DNA of 64,000 bases from Candidatus Nomurabacteria bacterium (GCA_026396015.1 JAPLXP010000002.1:5502-69501); one strand, 5' to 3'; counted from the first letter of the stretch, positions 31,258-41,376 are shown. Numbers and translations are program-made. Notes: generated by a model from the sequence alone, not told the origin.

Positions 31258-31779
31258 TTACACTCGGACAATTTCAGGGATACTTACCAATATATCACTT
31301 TCCTTCATCACCCATTTTTCAATCATTGGTGAGAGAACTATAGCAAAGGATACATTGGAAAGCAAATGAATAGCAGTGAATGGAATCTGCCCAAGAACTG
31401 CAGACATGAATGGCTGGCCAAAGAATATCGGACCCATAGTCAAACCTGTAGCAGCATCAAATGCGATAGTCGCTACGAATGCGTATTTTGCATAATTCTT
31501 CCAGCCAGTACGATTCTTGAAATAGAGACTAGCCCCAATACCTACCAATCCATAGGATAGACCTGCGATGAGTGTCCACACACCGAATCCTGCAGTCACA
31601 GAATCATATAGTACGATAGACAAAAAGCCAAATAGGAATGCATACACACTTCCGTATTTACGTGATAGTGGCATTTGCATAGCCATAATAGGCTCCAGAT
31701 TTGGAGCCCTAAATGGTACTAGTCGGACTAGTAGTCCTACTATAAACAGAGATATAATTTTGATCGGATTTTTCTTCAT
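31258..31779 (-). CDS. ECF-type S-component, putative cobalamin transporter (CbrT/BtuM-like)
   Basis: 173 aa, about 6 TM, RLVPFRAPNLEP and PFTAIHLLSN motifs, between nrdJ and the riboswitch. Confidence 0.75.
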   Translation of the reverse strand: MKKNPIKIISLFIVGLLVRLVPFRAPNLEPIMAMQMPLSRKYGSVYAFLFGFLSIVLYDSVTAGFGVWTLIAGLSYGLVGIGASLYFKNRTGWKNYAKYAFVATIAFDAATGLTMGPIFFGQPFMSAVLGQIPFTAIHLLSNVSFAIVLSPMIEKWVMKESDILVSIPEIVRV

Positions 31780-31792
31780 ACGTTTTTATAAC

Positions 31793-34162
31793 TTACACTA
31801 TATCGCAAACTCCTGCAACACAAGCCAGTTCTTTCTTTACTTCTGTCTCATCACGTAGCTCATAAGTCACAATCTTTGAGAAATCAAATTCTGGCATACG
31901 ACTTGTGAGTTCGTTGTACATCTTTTCACTGATAGCCTCGTACGGAGCTAGTTGATACACGTGATTTGAGCGTGGAAGGAATGATAGACCTCCTACGATA
32001 TCCCAGTTCTGATATAGCCAGTGTGCGACTTTGATCCATTCATTTTCCCCTACTGAGATAGTCACAGAAGGATTGTGCTCTGTATAATTTACCTTTACGA
32101 TCTTCCAGTGTTCTAGCTGATCAATAGCAGAGATGTCATCCTTACAGATAGCACCATCTGGAGCCTTCATTGGGAATTCCAATACAAAAGTATTCGCATC
32201 TTCATGAGACTGCCCTACTTCTGGATGAAATGGTACCCCTTGATCCTTCATCATCTTGAATAGTGAGTCAGTAGCAGAGATACGCACACGACGGATATAG
32301 AATGGTGAGTGACGTGGGTGCATACCTGATGCACAGTCCACAGTCTGGGACACAGTACCAGAAGGCTTTACAGCTGTGATACATGTTGACTCACTTACAC
32401 CAAATTTCTTTGCATAAATCTTGTTGATACGGATAGACTCAAGGCGGAGCTTTTCTAGCATTTTTGCATCACGAGCAAGAGTTGAGTCCCATTGTCCAGT
32501 CACAGATACACCAAGGAGTCTTTCCTCATCACAATTCTCTTTCCATTCCTTTGAAAGGTATCCAAATTTTGTAAGAGTAGATTGGTATGTACCTAGTATT
32601 GTAGCTACACGAATTTTTCTCATTAAAGTTTTTTCAGTATCCTCTGCACGAGCTACAACTTCTGAAAGATTACAGAATTGTTTTGAACGGAGGATGATCT
32701 CTCCACAAGGATTTGTACCCATCTCCCCTATAAAATCTGCAGACTTTTCTACACGTCTTTTTGGTAGTGATGTAGTTAGTGATCCACGGTTAAATATTCC
32801 ACGTTCACCTGTACCTGATTCCATCAATGCGATCCATTCTTTTAGGAATTCAGTCTCTGTTGGTTTTGTATTGTAAACTGCTGAGTTATTTGCAAGCATT
32901 CTCTGGCCTTCTGCATTCCAGAACTGACCATTCTTTGCATCACGCATATCCTGATCATCTAGATCAGATAATGATATTAGAGCTGAACGACGTACTCCTC
33001 CAGATACTACACATTCACCAATCTTACAGATGATATCGTGCGCATCGATATTTCGAAGATGTCTTCCTTGACGACGAATTATTCTCTCCCTAGTAAAACC
33101 TAGTAGGTCAATGAGTGGTTTTGGACCAGAACTCTTGCCTCCCATAATCTTAAGTCTTGCGCCAGATGGACGAAGTTGTGAGAAATCAAAATTTACATCT
33201 TCACCGTTGAACCATGTCTTCATACCAAATACGAGTGCATCTGCCCATCCTTCTTTTGTATCAGGCACTACATATGTAGGAACTTTTTTACCTGTCTGAG
33301 TTTTTATCTGAGGTAGTGATTGGATATTCTGACTCTCTACAGAGAATCCTACTCCTGTACCACACATAGAGATATAAACTATCTCTCCGAAGTCTTGGAA
33401 TTTTGAAGGTGCGATGAATGAACAGTTGTATGCACACACATTTGTCTTCTCTGCTGCAGGACCTGCAAATTGAAGTAGACGCATAGAAGGCATAGCCTCT
33501 TGCTTTAGAATACCCTCACGAACTTCTGCATACTCTTCAGCAGATAACATGTTTGAAAGTTTACCCTTCATGAATTCCATATAGCGATCTACCGTCTCGA
33601 TCCATGTCTCTCTGCGATTCTGATCCTCAATCCATTTTGCATAAGTACGGTAATAGACGAATTCAGAAAGTGGATTTCTAAAATATTGTTTACTATCATC
33701 TGCAAGTTTCTTTACGCGAGCTGGTACAGACATACTATGTGAACGGAGACGTGCACGCTCCTCACGATACAATATGTAGTGCTTTGAAGTTCTGACATAA
33801 TCAGAGAGCATCAATTCTTGTTCTACACTATCCTGTATACCCTCTACTGTAGGGATAAAGTTTTTGTATTTCTTTGCAATTTTTATCATGTCCATCAAAA
33901 CACGACTAGCCACTAGATGCGCCTCTTCTATTGATCCCTCACCTGCGGCAATCATAGCTTTATTAATAGCATTCGTAATTTTTTCAATATCAAATGCTAC
34001 AGTTGATCCGTCACGACGTTGAACACTCTTAATAAAATTATTTTTTATTTTTATTTCTGTTTTTTTAACAGGAGCTGCCTCTACTTTTTCAACAACCTCT
34101 ACTTTTTTCGCGACCACTTTCTCCCTCTTTGTAGCTTTAACTACTTTCTTTTTTGATGGCAT
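31793..34162 (-). CDS. nrdJ: Class II (adenosylcobalamin-dependent) ribonucleotide reductase with ATP cone
   Basis: ATP cone (RRDGSTVAFDIEKI), YRTYA, YNC, GGVRRSA, TNPCGE, KPSGT, C-terminal CVAGVC. Confidence 0.93.
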   Translation of the reverse strand: MPSKKKVVKATKREKVVAKKVEVVEKVEAAPVKKTEIKIKNNFIKSVQRRDGSTVAFDIEKITNAINKAMIAAGEGSIEEAHLVASRVLMDMIKIAKKYKNFIPTVEGIQDSVEQELMLSDYVRTSKHYILYREERARLRSHSMSVPARVKKLADDSKQYFRNPLSEFVYYRTYAKWIEDQNRRETWIETVDRYMEFMKGKLSNMLSAEEYAEVREGILKQEAMPSMRLLQFAGPAAEKTNVCAYNCSFIAPSKFQDFGEIVYISMCGTGVGFSVESQNIQSLPQIKTQTGKKVPTYVVPDTKEGWADALVFGMKTWFNGEDVNFDFSQLRPSGARLKIMGGKSSGPKPLIDLLGFTRERIIRRQGRHLRNIDAHDIICKIGECVVSGGVRRSALISLSDLDDQDMRDAKNGQFWNAEGQRMLANNSAVYNTKPTETEFLKEWIALMESGTGERGIFNRGSLTTSLPKRRVEKSADFIGEMGTNPCGEIILRSKQFCNLSEVVARAEDTEKTLMRKIRVATILGTYQSTLTKFGYLSKEWKENCDEERLLGVSVTGQWDSTLARDAKMLEKLRLESIRINKIYAKKFGVSESTCITAVKPSGTVSQTVDCASGMHPRHSPFYIRRVRISATDSLFKMMKDQGVPFHPEVGQSHEDANTFVLEFPMKAPDGAICKDDISAIDQLEHWKIVKVNYTEHNPSVTISVGENEWIKVAHWLYQNWDIVGGLSFLPRSNHVYQLAPYEAISEKMYNELTSRMPEFDFSKIVTYELRDETEVKKELACVAGVCDIV

Positions 34163-34277
34163 ATTTTTTCTAAAATTAATGATAAATTGCACTTTTAATA
34201 CTTTGGACTATTATTATACCGCCGTCAAAATTGCATGCCAATACCCAAAACAACCAAAAAAGCACTATGTCCGACAC
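34145..34277 (-). repeat. Direct repeat copy 1 (nrdJ promoter and first codons)
   Basis: 48-bp core 34198-34245 identical to 35191-35238. Contains TTGGCA-N17-TATAAT and ATGCCATCAAAAAAGAAA. Confidence 0.95.
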
Positions 34278-34385
34278 TTCCAAAGCCGTCAACAGCTCCC
34301 CAGATAGAGCAATAAAACAAAAGTTATTTTTAGAAAAAAATTTTCAAACTAAAAAACTACAAAAAATTTCATTTTTTGTAGTTTT

Positions 34386-34859
34386 TTATCCAATTTTTTC
34401 AATTTTACAGCTCTTTACGTTATAGCTCTCATCAAAAATTGTCTCCCCTTCAAAATATTCTCTTTTCAAAAAGTATGGATACCAGGCGACATCACTGCGC
34501 CACATTTTTCCATAAGGGATCTCGTTTACATTGAACCAAAAGGGTGACATCTCATCAGTCTCTACCAATTCCCCCGTCCAATCTTGCCCTTCATATATAT
34601 GGACTTCTTTAAATGAATCAGTTAATTCGAATTTCATTCTTCCACGAAGCTCGTATTTTAATAAATCCAAACCTGATTCTTCTTTCATCTCACGCACTAG
34701 TGCCTGCTCCACCGTCTCCCCCGCGTCAACCTTGCCACCATAGCCATTGTAGTTCCCAGCGCCAAAACGAACCTTCTTCAAACCCAGCAAAAACTCATCC
34801 CCTTTTCTTAATATACAGAGAGTCATGACTTGTGTAGGTTTTTGAATGTTGTTTTGCAT
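34386..34859 (-). CDS. NUDIX hydrolase (MTH1/8-oxo-dGTPase-like)
   Basis: LLGLKKVRFGAGNYNGYGGKV..RE..EESG, ETDEMSPFWF, MW..D. Confidence 0.9.
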   Translation of the reverse strand: MQNNIQKPTQVMTLCILRKGDEFLLGLKKVRFGAGNYNGYGGKVDAGETVEQALVREMKEESGLDLLKYELRGRMKFELTDSFKEVHIYEGQDWTGELVETDEMSPFWFNVNEIPYGKMWRSDVAWYPYFLKREYFEGETIFDESYNVKSCKIEKIG

Positions 34860-34866
34860 ATAATTT

Positions 34867-35157
34867 TTAAAACAAATCTGCATGACTACCTATATCTAAT
34901 AAAATTAATATCAAAATATTTTTATCTATCTTGTAAATCAGTAGTAAGTCTGGTTTTATATGGCATTCCCTGTATCCATCATACTCCCCATGCAATTTGT
35001 GATCTTTATGCTTTAAATGTAAAGAATCACCCGAAGCTAATGTATCTAAAACTTTATCAATATCAGTAATTTTAACCTTTCCACTAGAAAGTATTTTCTC
35101 GAGAGATTTTTGATATCTTTTATTCTGAATTATTAAATATTTCTTTTTTGATGGCAT
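34867..35157 (-). CDS. YafQ-family mRNA interferase toxin
   Basis: HKDHKLHGEYDGYRECHIKPDLLLIY and IGSHADLF. Confidence 0.92.
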   Translation of the reverse strand: MPSKKKYLIIQNKRYQKSLEKILSSGKVKITDIDKVLDTLASGDSLHLKHKDHKLHGEYDGYRECHIKPDLLLIYKIDKNILILILLDIGSHADLF

Positions 35158-35269
35158 AGTTTTTTATTGTTAATGATAATGTATCCTCCGATACTTTGGA
35201 CTATTATTATACCGCCGTCAAAATTGCATGCCAATACCTAAAACGGACAAAAAACACTATGTCGGACAC
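35140..35269 (-). repeat. Direct repeat copy 2 (nrdJ promoter and start copy heading yafQ)
   Basis: Same TTGGCA-N17-TATAAT and MPSKKK codons as copy 1. Confidence 0.95.
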
Positions 35270-35273
35270 ATTT

Positions 35274-35549
35274 CTATTTATAAAAATCTTTTCCAATTAT
35301 ATCTTCATGCATTTCACGAGCACTATTATATCTTTTCCCATTCTTAAGAGCATCCTCCACTTCCCTATCCCATTCTGCACGAATAGCAGCAGGATTCTTA
35401 GTCGGCTTGAAAGGTATACCATTCTCATTTACAACTTGATTTAAAAACAATTTAATTCCAGACGACAAATCCAGACCCATAGACTCGAGAGTCTTTTGAG
35501 CTTTATCTTTAGTCTTTTTTTCTATTCTTATATTAATTGTTGTATTCAT
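35274..35549 (-). CDS. RelB/DinJ antitoxin
   Basis: INIRIE..K.KA...LESMGLDLSSGIKLFLNQVV....IPF. Confidence 0.92.
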   Translation of the reverse strand: MNTTINIRIEKKTKDKAQKTLESMGLDLSSGIKLFLNQVVNENGIPFKPTKNPAAIRAEWDREVEDALKNGKRYNSAREMHEDIIGKDFYK

Positions 35550-35555
35550 ATTACT

Positions 35556-35583
35556 AGTATATACAATGTACATACATTGTCAA
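35556..35583 (-). promoter_or_regulatory. Antitoxin promoter with palindromic operator
   Basis: TTGACA-N16-TATACT overlapped by ACAATGTA-TG-TACATTGT. Confidence 0.8.
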
Positions 35584-35600
35584 GACATTACTCATGTATA

Positions 35601-35630
35601 ACAAAAACCACCCAGTTGGGTGGTTTTTGT
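35601..35630. terminator. Terminator downstream of fusA
   Basis: ACAAAAACCACCCA-GT-TGGGTGGTTTTTGT. Confidence 0.75.
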
Positions 35631-35643
35631 CTAATTTTGTAAA

Positions 35644-35727
35644 TTATTTTCTTGCTTCAATAATACTTGTCGCCATTCCAAAGGAAAGAGTACTTCCTAC
35701 GGGACAGACATTTTGAGGTGTGAGTAT
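35644..35727 (-). pseudogene. Diverged duplicate of fusA 3' end with a 33-nt insert
   Basis: Reads ILTPQNV[CPVGSTLSFGM]ATSIIEARK*, versus fus[17 protein letters not shown]. Confidence 0.75.
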
Positions 35728-35728
35728 A

Positions 35729-37870
35729 TTACTTACGTGCCTCAATAATTGCTGTCGCAACGTTCTGGGGTACTATGTCGTAACGTAGGAATTCCATAGT
35801 GAATCCTGCGCGACCCTCTGTCATAGAACGTAGAGTTGTCATATAACCGAACATTTCAGATAGTGGAACGACAGCTTTCACTGCTTGGTTCATACCACGT
35901 TGTTCCATACCTTCGATCAATCCACGCTTTGAAGATAGACTTCCTGTCACATCTCCCATGAATTTATCTGGAGTCACAACTTCAACATTCATCATAGGTT
36001 CGAGTATTACTGGGCGAGCCATCTTACATGCATCCTGGACTGCCATACTAGCTGCGATCTTGAAAGCCATTTCGTTTGAGTCCACATCGTGGTAACTTCC
36101 ATCCCATAGCTCGACAGATACATTTTCCAATTTGAATCCTGCGAGTACTCCACGATCAAGACCTTCTTTGAATCCTTTTTCACAAGCTGGAATATATTCT
36201 TGTGGAATAGCACCTCCCTTGATTGTGTTAACAAATTCAAATCCTTTTTCACGCTTTGTATTTCTTGGTAGATCTTCGATTGCAATACTCTGATCCATTG
36301 GCTTGATGCGAATCTTTACGTGACCATAGTTTCCACGTCCTCCTGATTGCTTGATGTACTTACCTTCTACACTTGCCTCACCTGTGATTGTCTCACGGTA
36401 TGCAACCTGTGGCTTACCTACATTTGTCTCCACTGCGAATTCACGCTTCATACGATCAACAATGATTTCAAGGTGGAGTTCTCCCATACCTGCGATTATT
36501 GTCTCGTTTGTCTCCTGATCTGTAGCAACACGGAATGTAGGATCTTCTTGTGCAAGACGATTCAATGCCATACCCATTTTCTCTTGGTCAGCTTTTGTCT
36601 TTGGTTCTACACGTAGAGAGATAACTGGCTCTGGGAAGATGATACGTACTAGCTCTGCTGGTGCATTTTCATCACAAAGAGTATCTGAAGTTATAGTATC
36701 TTTCAATCCTACTGCAGCTGCGATTTCTCCAGCGTACACCTTCTTTACTTCTTCACGATCATTGGCATGCATACGCAAGATTCGTCCGATACGTTCCTTG
36801 TTTCTTGTACGAGGGTTGTATACATATGAACCTGCAGTTACAGATCCAGAGTAGACACGGAAGAATATAATCTGTCCTACGAATGGGTCAGTAGCAATTT
36901 TGAATGCTAGAGCTGAAAATGGTGCATCATCAGATGCCTCACGTACTAGTGGCTCGTCTGTATTTGGATCGATACCTGTGATTGGAGGAATATCTGTAGG
37001 AGCTGGTAGATAGTCTACAACAGCGTCAAGCACTAGTTGAACTCCCTTATTCTTTAGAGCTGATCCAGCGAATACTGGGAATACATCGTTGGCGATAACT
37101 GCCTTTCTCATCAATTTCTTCAAAGTAGCATAATCAGGAATCTTTCCTTCAAAGTATGCATTCATCACAGCTTCATCTTGCTCTACGATCTTTTCGATCA
37201 ATTCTGCATGATATTTTTCTGCTTCTGCTTTATATTCTTCTGGAATTTCCTTTTCAATAACTTTGTTACCCATCTCCCCTTCAAAGTAGAAAGCCTTCAT
37301 CTTCAATAGGTCGATCACACCTTCGTGATGCTCTTCAAGACCAATTGGGATTTGCATACGGATAGCTTTTTTAGTAAGTCTATCTAGGATAGTTTTATAT
37401 GAGTGCTCAAAAGATGCGCCTGTACGGTCAAGCTTGTTTACGAAACAAATACGTGGCACATTGGCCTCGTCAGCATAACGCCAGTTTGTCTCTGATTGTG
37501 GTTCTACACCAGCAACTCCATCGAATACAACTACAGCACCATCGAGTACGCGAAGTGAGCGCTTCACCTCCACAGTAAAGTCGATGTGACCTGGTGTGTC
37601 GATAATGTTGAAGCGGTGCTTCTTGTTCTTGTCGCCTGGTGCGTATGTCGGTGTCCAGAAACATGTAACAGCAGCAGATGTGATAGTGATACCACGCTCT
37701 CGCTCTTGTTCCATCCAGTCTGTTGTCGTCTCGCCATCATGCACTTCACCTATCTTGTGTGATACACCAGTGTAAAACAATACACGCTCTGTTGTTGTAG
37801 TCTTACCCGCATCAATGTGGGCAATAATACCTATATTTCTAACTTTTTCTAAAGGATAATCTCTTTCCAT
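35729..37870 (-). CDS. fusA: Elongation factor G
   Basis: [33 protein letters not shown]. Start MERDY at 37870. Confidence 0.98.
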   Translation of the reverse strand: MERDYPLEKVRNIGIIAHIDAGKTTTTERVLFYTGVSHKIGEVHDGETTTDWMEQERERGITITSAAVTCFWTPTYAPGDKNKKHRFNIIDTPGHIDFTVEVKRSLRVLDGAVVVFDGVAGVEPQSETNWRYADEANVPRICFVNKLDRTGASFEHSYKTILDRLTKKAIRMQIPIGLEEHHEGVIDLLKMKAFYFEGEMGNKVIEKEIPEEYKAEAEKYHAELIEKIVEQDEAVMNAYFEGKIPDYATLKKLMRKAVIANDVFPVFAGSALKNKGVQLVLDAVVDYLPAPTDIPPITGIDPNTDEPLVREASDDAPFSALAFKIATDPFVGQIIFFRVYSGSVTAGSYVYNPRTRNKERIGRILRMHANDREEVKKVYAGEIAAAVGLKDTITSDTLCDENAPAELVRIIFPEPVISLRVEPKTKADQEKMGMALNRLAQEDPTFRVATDQETNETIIAGMGELHLEIIVDRMKREFAVETNVGKPQVAYRETITGEASVEGKYIKQSGGRGNYGHVKIRIKPMDQSIAIEDLPRNTKREKGFEFVNTIKGGAIPQEYIPACEKGFKEGLDRGVLAGFKLENVSVELWDGSYHDVDSNEMAFKIAASMAVQDACKMARPVILEPMMNVEVVTPDKFMGDVTGSLSSKRGLIEGMEQRGMNQAVKAVVPLSEMFGYMTTLRSMTEGRAGFTMEFLRYDIVPQNVATAIIEARK

Positions 37871-37923
37871 ATATATAAATCTTACTAATAAAATAAAAAA
37901 CCCCGTAAGGCATTTGTCCCTAG

Positions 37924-37951
37924 AATATACCACATATGGACTTTTTTGCAA
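37924..37951 (-). promoter_or_regulatory. Putative dedicated fusA promoter
   Basis: TTGCAA-N16-TATATT with extended -10 TG. Confidence 0.5.
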
Positions 37952-38012
37952 CAAAAAAGTGCTATTTATTTTTTGTAAATAAACAGCACTTTGAGCTACT
38001 TTTTTAGAATAC

Positions 38013-38564
38013 TTAACAAGTGATAATGAAATGTCGGGCAGATTCTTCAGAGAGGGCTTGTTTGCGTCTGAATTCTCTACGGAATTCCATAAGTTCATCA
38101 TTCATCTCTTCCATTTCTTTAAAGAATTTAGGGTCTGATTCATAAACCTTACCATTGTATATGAAGATTGAATTTTTTGGCTTCTTAGATTTTTTTAATC
38201 CTTCTTTGAGCCAATAATTAATTGATTCCTCAGCCATTGGTACGATCTTTTCAATGGCATTGTTGTCGAGATCTTTTTTTGAATTAAATTCAATTAACCC
38301 ACTGGTTTTTTGAGAAAATACATTATTAATCAATTCCCCTATCTTTTGGATCTGTTCAAATTCGTTTTCAGGAAAATCGATAGTTTTCAAATCAAACAAG
38401 GTGTGACCTATAAGACTAGCAGTTGCCCAAATATTTTTACCTCTTTTTTGAGGGTCAAGATTACTCCTCGAGCAAACTTTGACCAATTCATCATGTGTAA
38501 GCATTTTTTTAAGATTTATTTTGTTTTTCTTCAGATTACCACTTTCAGGTTTTTTGTCAAACAA
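38013..38564 (-). CDS. Hypothetical protein
   Basis: 183-aa ORF with no recognisable motif; start uncertain (TTG). Confidence 0.6.
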   Translation of the reverse strand: MFDKKPESGNLKKNKINLKKMLTHDELVKVCSRSNLDPQKRGKNIWATASLIGHTLFDLKTIDFPENEFEQIQKIGELINNVFSQKTSGLIEFNSKKDLDNNAIEKIVPMAEESINYWLKEGLKKSKKPKNSIFIYNGKVYESDPKFFKEMEEMNDELMEFRREFRRKQALSEESARHFIITC

Positions 38565-38611
38565 AAAAAAGCCTGCATAAAATACAGGCTTTTAAAATTC
38601 TAGTTGGTACA

Positions 38612-39340
38612 TTAGGATTTATTTAATTCAAATAAATGATGAGTATCATTTTTAAATGATATAGCCAATTCACTATCAAGAGCATCTAAAATAATTTTAA
38701 CTCGCTCAATAATTAAAAGCTTGTAATAAAAAAATTCAGAGAATTTATCAGGGGTAATTAATCTTATATAAACACTAGACACCTCAACTAGTTTTAAAAC
38801 ATAGTTTTTCATCTCGATTGATGTTTTTACTTCATCTTTAAGAGAATCAAAAACCTTCTTTTCAAATGCAGATTTATTCTGATAATCAATTAAAGCTATC
38901 CGACAATCAGTCACCGCTTTATGTATATTCAAGCGAGCATTAGCATATGCCTTGCCCATTGACTGGTCCATCTCATCTATCATACCCAAGGTTGGGTCAA
39001 AAAAAGGATTTGCCCTTGAAGGCATATTTTCTATTTCTAGATATATCTCTTTTTTTGCTATCTCAGCATTGACTAATACATCTTTGCGAAGAATATCAAG
39101 TTTCAATGAATTTTCTTTGCAGATATTTTCACTTTCAAGAAGAAGTGCTAAATTTTCGGATGAATACATATCTACTCTCTTTGTATTTATGTAATGCTTG
39201 ATATTTTGAATTTGATCCTCAATATCATTTTTTAGTTTTATTTTACGAGACCGTGCTTGTAAACTTTTTACTAAGGGTAAAACCCAATAATGACATACTA
39301 TCACGATGATAATAATGCCTGTTATTATTCCTATTTTCAT
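38612..39340 (-). CDS. Hypothetical N-terminally anchored helical protein
   Basis: 242-aa ORF with N-terminal TM, followed by a hairpin at about 38568-38594. Confidence 0.65.
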   Translation of the reverse strand: MKIGIITGIIIIVIVCHYWVLPLVKSLQARSRKIKLKNDIEDQIQNIKHYINTKRVDMYSSENLALLLESENICKENSLKLDILRKDVLVNAEIAKKEIYLEIENMPSRANPFFDPTLGMIDEMDQSMGKAYANARLNIHKAVTDCRIALIDYQNKSAFEKKVFDSLKDEVKTSIEMKNYVLKLVEVSSVYIRLITPDKFSEFFYYKLLIIERVKIILDALDSELAISFKNDTHHLFELNKS

Positions 39341-39404
39341 ATTTAAAATTGTTTGTTTATTTTCAATGTACTCTTTTATTTTAAATTGTCAATAAAAATA
39401 AAAC

Positions 39405-39437
39405 AGCAAAACTCCCCATTCGGGGAGCCTTGTGTTT
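39405..39437 (-). terminator. Terminator after rpsG
   Basis: CTCCCC-GAAT-GGGGAG followed by TTTT on the minus strand. Confidence 0.6.
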
Positions 39438-39450
39438 GAGTCTATTTTTA

Positions 39451-39921
39451 TTACCAAGCAAAGTGAGCGAACGCTTTGTTTGATTCTGCCATCTTGTGAG
39501 TATCATCACGCTTCTTGATAGCGATACCTTCGTTCTTTGAAGCAAGGATTATTTCTTCAGCTAGCTTTTCAGCCATTGGAGCTCCTTTCTTTCCACGAGC
39601 AGCATCGATGATCCATCTCATAGCTAGTGATGTTCGGCGGTCTGGGCGTACTTCACGAGGAACCTGGTAGTTTGCACCACCGATACGACGTGAGCGAACC
39701 TCAACTAGAGGACCTGCATTTTTGATTGCAGTGTCGAACACTTCTAGAGGATTTGGATTACCAGTCTTTTCTTTGATGATATCAAAGGCACCGTATACAA
39801 TCTTTCTTGAAGTCTCCTTCTTTCCGTCCCACATAACATTGTTTATGAACTTTCCAAGCTTTTGGGAGTTATAAACGATATCTGGTTCAACAATATTTCG
39901 ATTTTTTACTTTTCTTCGCAT
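39451..39921 (-). CDS. rpsG: 30S ribosomal protein S7
   Basis: [30 protein letters not shown]. Confidence 0.98.
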   Translation of the reverse strand: MRRKVKNRNIVEPDIVYNSQKLGKFINNVMWDGKKETSRKIVYGAFDIIKEKTGNPNPLEVFDTAIKNAGPLVEVRSRRIGGANYQVPREVRPDRRTSLAMRWIIDAARGKKGAPMAEKLAEEIILASKNEGIAIKKRDDTHKMAESNKAFAHFAW

Positions 39922-39926
39922 AAATT

Positions 39927-40355
39927 TTATTTCTTAGCTGCAGCGGCTTTCGGACGCTTGTTACCATACTTACTTCTTGCTTTTCGACGCTTTTCAACAC
40001 CAGTAGCATCTAGACGTCCACGAACTATGTGATAACGTACTCCGATCAAGTCCTTTACACGACCACCACGTAGCATAACTACAGAGTGTTCCTGGAGGTT
40101 GTGACCTTCACCTGGGATATAAGCTGTAACTTCCATACCATTTGTAAGACGTACACGAGCGATCTTTCGGAGAGCTGAGTTAGGCTTCTTTGGAGTAGTT
40201 GTTGTAACTTTTGTACAAACACCACGCTTGAATGGAGCTGGATAATAAACAGGCTTGTTTTTAAGCGAGTTGAAACCGCGTGCGAGAGCAACGGCCTTTG
40301 ATTTTCTTTTTATTATTGTACGGCTCTTGCGAACCAATTGATTCATTGTAGGCAT
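39927..40355 (-). CDS. rpsL: 30S ribosomal protein S12
   Basis: [26 protein letters not shown]. Confidence 0.98.
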   Translation of the reverse strand: MPTMNQLVRKSRTIIKRKSKAVALARGFNSLKNKPVYYPAPFKRGVCTKVTTTTPKKPNSALRKIARVRLTNGMEVTAYIPGEGHNLQEHSVVMLRGGRVKDLIGVRYHIVRGRLDATGVEKRRKARSKYGNKRPKAAAAKK

Positions 40356-40458
40356 ATATTTAAAAATAGGTCGTAAAGACCAGTACGAGTACTTTACTAT
40401 ATACCAATAAAAAAAGCAAGCCTGTATCGACAGGCCTGCTTTTTACATCTACAAATAG

Positions 40459-40875
40459 CTATTGGATCGTACTTGTTTCCTCACTTATGAACTCATCTAC
40501 TGAAAATGGACCAGCTCCGAGTAGTGATATTGCGAATGTAGCACCTGCTAGTCCTATATCTCTCACACCAGTAGGATCTATGCCTATAGATGCAGCTATA
40601 CCAAACAAATGCAGAGCCAGCAATAATGCTACAGGTCGCACATATGCACCCAGCACTAGCAATACAGCACTGATAATCTCGAACCATCCATTGAGTAATA
40701 CAAATTTGTATTCTGATATAGGTAGACTCCCTACCCAACTTGGTAAGTAGCTCGTCCACATACTAGCATTCCCTAATTGAGCAAAACCAAAGTAGAAAAA
40801 CACAAATGCAAACACTAGACGTAGAATAACAGGAGCACTAGCTTTTGCAATTAAATTTAATTTAGAATTTTCCAT
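40459..40875 (-). CDS. DoxX-family membrane protein
   Basis: ILRLVFAFVFFYFG, GWFEII, RDIGL, GAGPFSVD. Confidence 0.8.
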   Translation of the reverse strand: MENSKLNLIAKASAPVILRLVFAFVFFYFGFAQLGNASMWTSYLPSWVGSLPISEYKFVLLNGWFEIISAVLLVLGAYVRPVALLLALHLFGIAASIGIDPTGVRDIGLAGATFAISLLGAGPFSVDEFISEETSTIQ

Positions 40876-40878
40876 ATA

Positions 40879-41376
40879 TTAATTCGTGAGATTTCCTATT
40901 TTAAAACTTGCGAGTTCTGACGCTGGACGACGCTGACCACCATGCTGACCATTGAATGCATCTGACCCATCAATACCACAAAGAGAAAGGATTGCTCTTG
41001 ATCCTCCTGGGTGCTGACTGATAAATGAAGTCACGTCGTACACATTGCCATTCACAGCCGTCCAACAAGATGAAGCAGAGGCGTGCTTTGCAACATCATC
41101 CAATGTGTATCCTGACTTTACAACTGGAGCTGGAGTAGGCTTTGGTGTCGGTGTCGGTGTTTTTGGAGTATTAGTAGCTGGGGTATTAGAAGCCGGTACA
41201 TTATTCACCACAGGGACATTGGATGCCGGAGTAACACTTGAATTAACAACATCAATATTTTTGTATTGGTTATTAAAATTACCGCCCTTAGATGCGGGGT
41301 CTGACTTTAATAAAATAACACCACCTCCAATAATAAATATCGCAATAGCGACTAAACCAATCATTTTTTTATTCAT
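40879..41376 (-). CDS. Membrane-anchored cytochrome b5-like heme/steroid-binding protein
   Basis: YTLDDVAKH..SCWTAVNGNVYDVTSFISQHPGG..G.D.SDAF..QH, after a Pro/Thr linker. Confidence 0.9.
   Translation of the reverse strand: MNKKMIGLVAIAIFIIGGGVILLKSDPASKGGNFNNQYKNIDVVNSSVTPASNVPVVNNVPASNTPATNTPKTPTPTPKPTPAPVVKSGYTLDDVAKHASASSCWTAVNGNVYDVTSFISQHPGGSRAILSLCGIDGSDAFNGQHGGQRRPASELASFKIGNLTN

Noticed and set aside
34261-34277. NrdR box upstream of nrdJ
   Set aside because: CACTATGTCCGAC matches only the first half of the consensus; insufficient.
37871-38101. 77-aa N-terminal extension of EF-G
   Set aside because: It overlaps the upstream ORF and promoter; the normal EF-G N-terminus begins at 37870.
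41141-41230. Short repeats (GGTGTC, VTPASN/VPASN/TPATN) in the cytochrome b5 gene
   Set aside because: An ordinary low-complexity Pro/Thr linker.
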